Origin: Acidobacteriota bacterium
GTDB lineage: Bacteria; Acidobacteriota; Vicinamibacteria; Vicinamibacterales; JAKQTR01
DNA: 32,000 bases
Assembly: GCA_026393755.1 (NCBI GenBank)
Contig: JAPKZO010000018.1
Location: forward strand, 3,418 to 35,417
Direction: 5' to 3'
Shown here: positions 8,506-14,773 of the stretch, piece after piece
How positions within the stretch are numbered: the first letter of the stretch is position 1
Layout of the letters: each line of letters begins with the position of its first letter
The notes under the pieces: model-generated
The model's input: the letters and a program-made list of their open reading frames with translations, nothing else
What the model was told of the DNA's origin: nothing
Database searches by the model: none
Program-made: the position numbers and the translations under genes

Positions 8506-9939
8506 ATGCGGGTCGTCCTGCTCTCGACGTATGAACTCGGGCGCCAGCCCTTCGGTCTCGCCTCGCCTGCGGCGTGGTTGAGGCAGGCCGGCGCAGAGGT
8601 CGTCGTGCAGGATCTGTCGCGCCAGCGACTCGACGAGGACGTCGCGCGTGGCGCGGACGTGGTTGCGTTCTACCTCCCCATGCACACGGCCACGCGACTT
8701 GCGCTGCCGGTCATCGATCGCGTCCGAGCACTCAATCCGGGAGCACGACTGTGCGCGTTTGGGCTGTACGCGCCGCCCAATGCGGGGCTGTTGCGCGCGC
8801 ATGGCATCGACGCGACGTACGGGGCGGAAGTCGAAGCGGACCTGGTCGAGTACGCGCGTGGAAACCACGGGACGGAACGCGTCGAGGGCGCGACAGACGC
8901 TACGGCAGGCCCGGCGCCTGACTGTCGCAGCCTGGCGCGACCGATCGCACGGCTCAATTTTCTCGTGCCTGATCGAGCCGGCCTCCCTGGGCCGTCCTGC
9001 TATGCGTCGTTGCAGCGCGATGATTCGTCTGTTGTCGCCGGGTACACCGAGGCCAGCCGGGGTTGCAAGTATTTCTGCCGCCACTGCCCGGTGGTGCCGG
9101 TGTACCGCGGACAGATTCGCACGGTGCCCACCGGGGTGGTGCTCGCCGACATCCGGAATCAGGTGGCTTCCGGCGCGGCGCACATCACCTTCGGGGACCC
9201 CGATTTCTTCAACGGGCCGGCGCACGCTCGGCGTACCGTCACGGCGTTGCACGATGAGTTTCCTCACCTGACCTACGACGTCACGATCAAGATTTCTCAT
9301 CTGCTGCGGCACCAGTCACTGCTCGGGCTGCTGCGAGACACGGGCTGTCTGTTTGTGACGACGGCGGTCGAGTCGATCGACGACGGGATCCTCGCCACGC
9401 TGGACAAAGGGCACACAGCTGCCGACGTCGAGCGCACGGTGTCCCTGTGCCGTCAGCACGCACTGGCACTGGCGCCGACGTTTGTGCCGTTTACGCCGTG
9501 GACGTCGCTGGACGGATACATAGAGCTGCTGTCGGCCATACGGCGTCTTGATCTGGTCGAGCACGTGGCGCCGATTCAGCTCGGTATCCGCCTGCTCGTT
9601 TCGAACGGATCACGACTCCTCGACCTGCCCGACATCCGCACGCTCGTGGGACCGTTCGATCCCGTGGCGCTCGCGTACCCGTGGGCCCACCGCGACGCCC
9701 GCGTCGACGCGCTGCAGAAAGTGATCATCGCAACCGTCGGATGCCATGCCGGGGCTGGCAGAGGCGAGGTGTTCGACCGCGTCTGGCGGCTGGCCTGCGA
9801 ATTCGCCAACGCGGATCCGGACGCCGGCCGAGCGCCAGTTACGCTGGATGGGGACTATCGACGAACCTCGGTGCCGTACCTCAACGAGCCCTGGTACTGT
9901 TGAGCGGAACCCACCGAAGGGCAGGTGGCTCTTCTTTGA
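8506..9939 (+). CDS. Radical SAM enzyme with an N-terminal B12-binding-like domain. Probable selenoprotein: the in-frame UGA at 9901-9903 is read as Sec, giving a C-terminal ...EPWYC-U-AEP-TEGQVALL tail.
   Basis: CxxxCxxC cluster motif GCKYFCRHCP (Cys codons between 9064 and 9087). Rossmann-like N-terminus MRVVLLSTYELGRQP. The track ORF stops at TGA 9901, but the next codons are GCG GAA CCC (A-E-P) and the next stop is TGA 9937-9939. From memory, the C-U-A-E-P motif matches the family named CUAEP/CCAEP-tail radical SAM (seleno)protein. A SECIS-like hairpin follows the UGA. Confidence 0.8.
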
Positions 9940-9945
9940 TGGGTT
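9908..9945 (+). other. Candidate bacterial SECIS stem-loop directly 3' of the UGA codon
   Basis: Outer stem AACCCA (9908-9913) pairs with UGGGUU (9940-9945). Inner stem GAAGGG (9916-9921) pairs with CUCUUC (9929-9934, one G-U). The 7-nt apical loop CAGGUGG (9922-9928) places a GGU about 24-26 nt after the U of UGA. An alternative smaller hairpin is CCACC (9911-9915) with GGUGG (9924-9928). Folded by eye only. Confidence 0.45.
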
Positions 9946-9949
9946 ACGG

Positions 9950-11302
9950 ATGAAACGGGTCTTGCTGCTTGCAACAACGACCGGCTATCAGACACGCTCG
10001 TTCGGCGACGCCGCGTCGGCGTTGGGTGTCGAGCTGATATTCGGGCTCGACCGATGCCGTGGGCTCGAGGACCCGTGGGGCGATCACTCGCTGGCGGTTC
10101 GGTTCTACGACGACCCCCGCTCGGTCGCGGCCATCGCGTCGGCGTCGCAGGATGGCCCCATCTCTGGCATCCTCGCTCTTGGCGACCAGCCCACGGTGCT
10201 GGCCGCCCGCGCGGCGGAACTGTTGCACCTGCCGTTCCATTCGCCTGCCGCCGCGAGAACCAGCCGAAACAAGCTCGACAGCCGCAATGCCCTGATGGCA
10301 GCAGGTCTGCGCGTGCCGTGGTTTGCGGCGGCCGACATTGATGACGACCACGATCGACTGGCGTCGCGCGTGCCGTACCCGTCGGTCATCAAGCCGCTCG
10401 CGCTCTCGGGCAGCCGGGGTGTGATTCGCGTGGACAACCCGCACGCCTTTTCCACCGCGTTCCGAAGAGTACGTCAGATTCTGCGGGCGCCAGACATCAA
10501 GACGATGAAGGATCCGGCGCTTCGGCAGGTGCTGATCGAAGGCTATATCCCTGGGGTGGAGTTCGCTGTTGAAGGCCTGATGCATCATGGGGTGTTTGAG
10601 GCGCTTGCGCTCTTCGACAAACCCGATCCGCTGGATGGCCCCTTCTTCGAAGAGACGATCTATGTAACTCCGTCCGCCCACGACGCCGCCATCCAGGAAG
10701 CCGTCCTCACGGCGGTCGCCGCGGCTACCGCTGCGATCGGACTGTCGCACGGGCCGGTGCACGCGGAATGCCGTGCGAACGCGGATGGCGTCTTCGTCCT
10801 CGAGGTGGCGGCACGCCCGATTGGCGGACTGTGCGCACGGGCGCTGCGATTCGATGTCCCTCGAGCCGGGATCGATCCCGGAACGCGCTCAGGACCCATC
10901 GGCTCGCGAGAGACTGGACTGCTTGCTCAGGGCAGGCAGACAGAGGGTCACACGATATCGCTGGAAGAGTTGCTGCTGCGTCACGCGCTTGGTGAAGATG
11001 TCCGAGGCTGCCGTCGGGAAGCCTGCGCGTCGGGCGTGATGATGATGCCCATTCCGAACGCCGGCGTGTACCGTGGCGTGAGAGGCGTCGCTGAGGCTCG
11101 TGCCGTCGCGCTTGTGGAAGACGTCATCATCACGGCCAAGCCCGGCCAGCGCCTGGTGCCGCTGCCGGAAGGCGCGAGCTACCTGGGCTTCATGTTTGCG
11201 ACGGCCGGCCTCGGCGAGGACGTCGTGGCCGCGCTGCGAGCGGCGCACGGCAGACTGCACTTTGACATCGATCGCGAGCTGCCGCTGGCGCCAAGCGGAT
11301 GA
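9950..11302 (+). CDS. ATP-grasp domain protein (about 450 aa) resembling L-amino-acid ligase / carboxylate-amine ligase enzymes
   Basis: Pre-ATP-grasp N-terminus MKRVLLLATTTGYQTRSF, SRNKLDSRNALMAAGLRVP, YPSVIKPLALSGSRGV, LIEGYIPGVEFAVEG, HGPVHAECR...VFVLEVAARPIGG. ATG 9950 is chosen because the track start 9746 lies inside the radical SAM coding region. Starts 10 nt after the extended radical SAM stop. Confidence 0.8.
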   Translation: MKRVLLLATTTGYQTRSFGDAASALGVELIFGLDRCRGLEDPWGDHSLAVRFYDDPRSVAAIASASQDGPISGILALGDQPTVLAARAAELLHLPFHSPAAARTSRNKLDSRNALMAAGLRVPWFAAADIDDDHDRLASRVPYPSVIKPLALSGSRGVIRVDNPHAFSTAFRRVRQILRAPDIKTMKDPALRQVLIEGYIPGVEFAVEGLMHHGVFEALALFDKPDPLDGPFFEETIYVTPSAHDAAIQEAVLTAVAAATAAIGLSHGPVHAECRANADGVFVLEVAARPIGGLCARALRFDVPRAGIDPGTRSGPIGSRETGLLAQGRQTEGHTISLEELLLRHALGEDVRGCRREACASGVMMMPIPNAGVYRGVRGVAEARAVALVEDVIITAKPGQRLVPLPEGASYLGFMFATAGLGEDVVAALRAAHGRLHFDIDRELPLAPSG

Positions 11303-11363
11303 TCGCGCGCGTGTCCTGAGCGAGCCGTATGTCAGTTCGCGAGTCGAAGGGCTGGTCGACGCT

Positions 11364-11639
11364 CTATTTCTGCCGCTGGGGCACGTACTCTGGCGGCAGG
11401 GCAGAGTTGTCTCCGAAGAAGAACTCCTCCATCTGCCTCGCCACCAGTTCCTGCGCTTCCTTTTGAAACGGCAGCAGCCGGTACTCGTTGAGGATCATCT
11501 TCATCCGCTCTTCCCACATCTTCCAGGCTTCGGCCGACACGTTCTCGAAGATGCGCTGGCCAAGCTCACCAGGCCACGGGGCCGCATCCAGGCCAGGCAG
11601 TGGCTTCCCCAACTTGACGCATGTGACCGTCCGGCTCAT
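11364..11639 (-). CDS. yggX: Fe(2+)-trafficking / oxidative-damage protection protein YggX family (91 aa)
   Basis: MSRTVTCVKLGKPLPGLDAAPWPGELGQRIFENVSAEAWKMWEERMKMILNEYRL aligns by eye with E. coli YggX (PGELGKRIY..SKEAW..W...QTMLINE). GAGGAGA Shine-Dalgarno upstream of ATG 11639. The track start 11774 overlaps the upstream gene. Confidence 0.85.
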   Translation of the reverse strand: MSRTVTCVKLGKPLPGLDAAPWPGELGQRIFENVSAEAWKMWEERMKMILNEYRLLPFQKEAQELVARQMEEFFFGDNSALPPEYVPQRQK

Positions 11640-11647
11640 ATCTCTCC

Positions 11648-13663
11648 TCACATTTCCCCGAGCTTCTCCACTTGCACCCGTGCATCGTTGAAGCAAGCGC
11701 CCCCGCCGATATCCGACAACGTGTCTGGCGACAGGGCGTTGGCGGTGGACCCGTTCTCCGTGCTCCGGCTCCACAGCCCCTTGGGAAGTGACACGGTGCC
11801 GGGCCGGACAATCGGCGAAACGCTGACGAGGCAGCGCACTTCGCCGAGGGCGTTGAACACGCGAATCCTGTCCCCGTCCGCGATCTCCCGGTGCCGCGCA
11901 TCTTCTGGATGGAGCGAGAGCTCGGCAGGGCGATCGTTCAGCTCACCGAGCGTCGAACTGATCGTCTTCTCGGTCGACGGCGAAATCATCGCGAGCGGAA
12001 ACGGGTCGGTCACGGGATCGTCCTGATAGGCGTAGAGCCCGAGCGGCGCTTCGCGATCCAGTCGCTCCGGAAACAGGTCGATCCTGGCGTCGGGTGTGCG
12101 CGGGAAAACGTCGACAAACTGCACCGGCGCGAAACCGCACGGTGGCACCGGCTGTCCCTGATGCTTCAGCGCGCCGCTGATCGACTCGGGAAGTTCGTCG
12201 AGAATCTTCATCATCATCTCGACGTCGGTGACCGGGTCGCCCTCCTGCGACAGACCCAGGCGTTGTTCCAGATCAGCAAAGACCTCGACGTTCGGACGGG
12301 CGTCGCCGACCGCATCGATGACAGGCTGCGTCATCTGCAGGTTGATCGGGCCATACGCCCTCGCCAGATCGTAGGCTTCGAGAAACGTGGTGGCTGGCAG
12401 CACGACATCCGCGTACATCGCCGAGTCGGTCATCACCTGGTCGAAGACGACCGTCGTCAGATCGTCGCGCAGCAGTCCGCGCCGCACGCGATTCTGGTCG
12501 GGCATGGTCGCCAGCGGGTTGCAGTTGTAGACGAACAACACCGTCACCGGCGGTTGAGGACTGTCGGTAAGGACGCGCCCGAGGTGGTTCATGTTGATGA
12601 CGCGGGTGGACGGCGCATCCGCCCCAATCCAGGTGTTGGTCAGTCCCCACGAGCCCGAATTGCTCATCGAGTAGCCGCCGCCGCGCACGCCGAACTTTCC
12701 TGCCACGGCCGGCAACGCGAGAATCGCCATCGCGGCGTTGCCGCCATTCCTGTTCCGCTCGAGGCCCCAGCCGCACCGAATCAGGGCCGGCGACGATTCG
12801 GCATACATCGCGGCGAAGCGACGCAGGTCATTGGCCGGCACGCCCGCGACCTCTGCGGCACGCTGCAACGTCCACGGCGCCGCCCGTTCCCTCAGGCGGT
12901 CGACCCCGGTGGCGTGTTCATCGAGGAACGCCGTGTCGGCAAGGCCGCCTTCAAACAGGTACCGATGCAGCGCCAGCGCGACCGCGACATCGGTGCCTGG
13001 CCGGACCGGCAGGTGCAGATCGGAGAGGCGCGCCAGTTGGGTGTTGCGGGGATCGATCACGACCAGCCCGGCGCCGTTGCGCTGTGCCTCCCGGATGTGG
13101 GGAACCAGGTGAATGGCGGACGCAGACGGGTTCGCGCCCCACACGACAATGAGGCGGGCATGAGCGTAGTCCGCGTAGGTCACCGACGGCATCTTGCCGT
13201 AGAGCGCCTGGTTGGCCGCGCCCGTGGTCGACGCGCAGACCGTGCGGTCGAGGCGCGAGGCACCAAAGCGCCGGAACAGCCGCATGTCGGTCGTATCCTG
13301 CGTCACGAGCCCGTTCGACCCTCCGTAGTAGAACGGCAGGACCGACTCGGCGCCATGCCGATCTCTGGCCTCGATCATCTTCTGCGCGACGTGCTCCAGG
13401 GCTTCGTCCCACTCGACCCACCGGAACTGACCAGCACCCTTCGGGCCCGTGCGAATCCCCGGCCGCAGCAGGCGATCCCGGCCGTAGACGCGGCTGGCAA
13501 ACTGGCGGACTTTGGCGCAGATGAAGCCGTGCGTCACCGGGTGTTCGTGACTGCCGTCGAGCTTGCTGAGCCGGCCATCCTCGATCGTCGCAGTCATGCT
13601 GCACGAGTCGGGGCAGTCGAGCGGGCACGCCGTCCTGACGCTATGAGTGTGTCTCGGGCTCAT
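11648..13663 (-). CDS. Molybdopterin (bis-MGD) oxidoreductase, MopB superfamily, with N-terminal 4Fe-4S motif; substrate unknown
   Basis: N-terminal CPLDCPDSCSM...GFICAK cysteine cluster. Typical MopB blocks: VVWGANP, IDPR.T, and a C-terminal molybdopterin dinucleotide-binding barrel (LSLHPEDA..R.I.DGD.IRVFN..G). No in-frame stop. Confidence 0.85.
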   Translation of the reverse strand: MSPRHTHSVRTACPLDCPDSCSMTATIEDGRLSKLDGSHEHPVTHGFICAKVRQFASRVYGRDRLLRPGIRTGPKGAGQFRWVEWDEALEHVAQKMIEARDRHGAESVLPFYYGGSNGLVTQDTTDMRLFRRFGASRLDRTVCASTTGAANQALYGKMPSVTYADYAHARLIVVWGANPSASAIHLVPHIREAQRNGAGLVVIDPRNTQLARLSDLHLPVRPGTDVAVALALHRYLFEGGLADTAFLDEHATGVDRLRERAAPWTLQRAAEVAGVPANDLRRFAAMYAESSPALIRCGWGLERNRNGGNAAMAILALPAVAGKFGVRGGGYSMSNSGSWGLTNTWIGADAPSTRVINMNHLGRVLTDSPQPPVTVLFVYNCNPLATMPDQNRVRRGLLRDDLTTVVFDQVMTDSAMYADVVLPATTFLEAYDLARAYGPINLQMTQPVIDAVGDARPNVEVFADLEQRLGLSQEGDPVTDVEMMMKILDELPESISGALKHQGQPVPPCGFAPVQFVDVFPRTPDARIDLFPERLDREAPLGLYAYQDDPVTDPFPLAMISPSTEKTISSTLGELNDRPAELSLHPEDARHREIADGDRIRVFNALGEVRCLVSVSPIVRPGTVSLPKGLWSRSTENGSTANALSPDTLSDIGGGACFNDARVQVEKLGEM

Positions 13664-14095
13664 CTAGAGCTGTTGCATCCGTCCGGCCTTGCGATCCCAG
13701 TACTCGACGACGGTCGGAACAACCTTGATCATCGACAGTTCGGCGTCGTCGGCACCGCCCGTGAACCACTTGGCAAACGTCGGGTTCCACATCTGCCGGG
13801 CTCTGGCCACGTCACGCACCATCACCGCGTTGCCCGATACCGTGACGAACCGATCCTCGGGCGCCGAGACGTAGGTGACGTTGACGTGACTGTTGCCGTC
13901 GATCTCCTGGGCGACCGGTGAGGTCGCGCGAGAGAAGAACCACAAAGATCCGTCGAACGCGTCGCCGATCGCCACCATCGGCCGGCTCCGCAGCCCGCCG
14001 CCGGCGGTAACAGTCGTAAACATCGCGAACGGAATCTCGTGAATCAGGTCCTTGAAGCGCTGCACGTCGTACTGACCCTGGGTCTGGTCCGGCAT
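13664..14095 (-). CDS. Pyridoxamine 5'-phosphate oxidase-like FMN-binding protein (general stress protein 26 type)
   Basis: 143 aa. FAMFTTV...LRSRPM...WFFS...V.V.Y pattern typical of the PNPOx-like split-barrel family. GGGAGGG Shine-Dalgarno upstream. Its stop TAG directly abuts the ATG of the molybdoenzyme (TAGATG). Confidence 0.7.
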   Translation of the reverse strand: MPDQTQGQYDVQRFKDLIHEIPFAMFTTVTAGGGLRSRPMVAIGDAFDGSLWFFSRATSPVAQEIDGNSHVNVTYVSAPEDRFVTVSGNAVMVRDVARARQMWNPTFAKWFTGGADDAELSMIKVVPTVVEYWDRKAGRMQQL

Positions 14096-14223
14096 CCGAT
14101 CCCTCCCGTGCTGGTAACGGCCCCGCGAGTCCTCTGGAACCGGCTCGCGTGACCGCTACCGTCAGTCTACCTCGAAGACCGAGGCCGCGACCGCCGCGAC
14201 GAGCCCGATCGTGAGGACGCGTG

Positions 14224-14772
14224 TCATGCTCGCCGGCGACGAGGAGGGGGCGTGATGAACCCGTCGGCCGTCAGCCCGACGCCTTCCAGCTGGAGCAGGG
14301 CCTGCTTGGTGGACAGTCCACCGCCGTAGCCGACCAGCTGGCCGTCACTGCCGATGACCCGATGGCATGGCACGATGATGGGCAGAGGGTTGCGTCCGTT
14401 GGCCAGCCCCACCGCGCGCACGGCGAGCGGGCGGCCGACCCGTCGCGCGATCTGCGCGTACGAGCGGGTGGCTCCGTAGGGTATCTCCGCGAGCGCTCGC
14501 CATACCTTGATCTGGAACGGCGTGCCCTTGGCGTTCAGCTTCAGGTCGAACGTGACGCGTTTGCCGCAGAAGTACTCCTTGAGCTGCCGGATGGCGTCAC
14601 GAAACGGCGCATCCGACCGCTGCCACTGCGATTCGGGCGCCTTGGCCCCCTTCCCGCGCTGGAAGCTGACGTAGCGGAGACCGTGGTCGCGACACCCGGC
14701 GAGCATCAGCGTGCCCACCGGGGTGTCGAGATAGGTGTAGTACGTGGTGTGTTCCTGCACCAGCTTGGCCAT
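14224..14772 (-). CDS. ogt: Methylated-DNA--protein-cysteine methyltransferase
   Basis: Active-site IVPCHRVIG, plus TPFQ..VW..L..IPYG.T.SY..IA. Starts 1 nt after the stop of the M28 peptidase gene. Confidence 0.9.
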   Translation of the reverse strand: MAKLVQEHTTYYTYLDTPVGTLMLAGCRDHGLRYVSFQRGKGAKAPESQWQRSDAPFRDAIRQLKEYFCGKRVTFDLKLNAKGTPFQIKVWRALAEIPYGATRSYAQIARRVGRPLAVRAVGLANGRNPLPIIVPCHRVIGSDGQLVGYGGGLSTKQALLQLEGVGLTADGFITPPPRRRRA

Positions 14773-14773
14773 G

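Noticed and set aside
9746-9949. Longer version of the ATP-grasp ORF starting at 9746
   Set aside because: The extra 68 codons lie inside the 3' end of the radical SAM coding region in another frame and encode Arg/Pro/Thr-rich sequence. The conserved Rossmann-like N-terminus begins at ATG 9950.
8471-11363. RiPP cluster (radical SAM plus ATP-grasp) with a precursor peptide gene
   Set aside because: The flanking spacers (35 nt and 61 nt) hold no plausible short ORF with a ribosome-binding site. The ATP-grasp protein is of the long amino-acid-ligase type, not the microviridin/graspetide type.
11303-11363. Bidirectional terminator between the convergent ATP-grasp and yggX genes
   Set aside because: Only a weak 5-bp stem is visible (GTCGA-AGGGCTGG-TCGAC) and there are no U-tracts. 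That is too weak to annotate.
11648-13663. Selenocysteine-containing formate-dehydrogenase-type molybdoenzyme
   Set aside because: The ORF is uninterrupted with no in-frame UGA, and the N-terminal and active-site regions read through with ordinary residues. The only recoding candidate in the window is in the radical SAM gene.
11891-13921. 676-aa plus-strand ORF antisense to the molybdopterin oxidoreductase
   Set aside because: The composition is Arg/Gly/His-rich and low in complexity. It lies wholly inside a minus-strand gene that has clear MopB motifs. It is a GC-driven absence of stop codons, not a gene.
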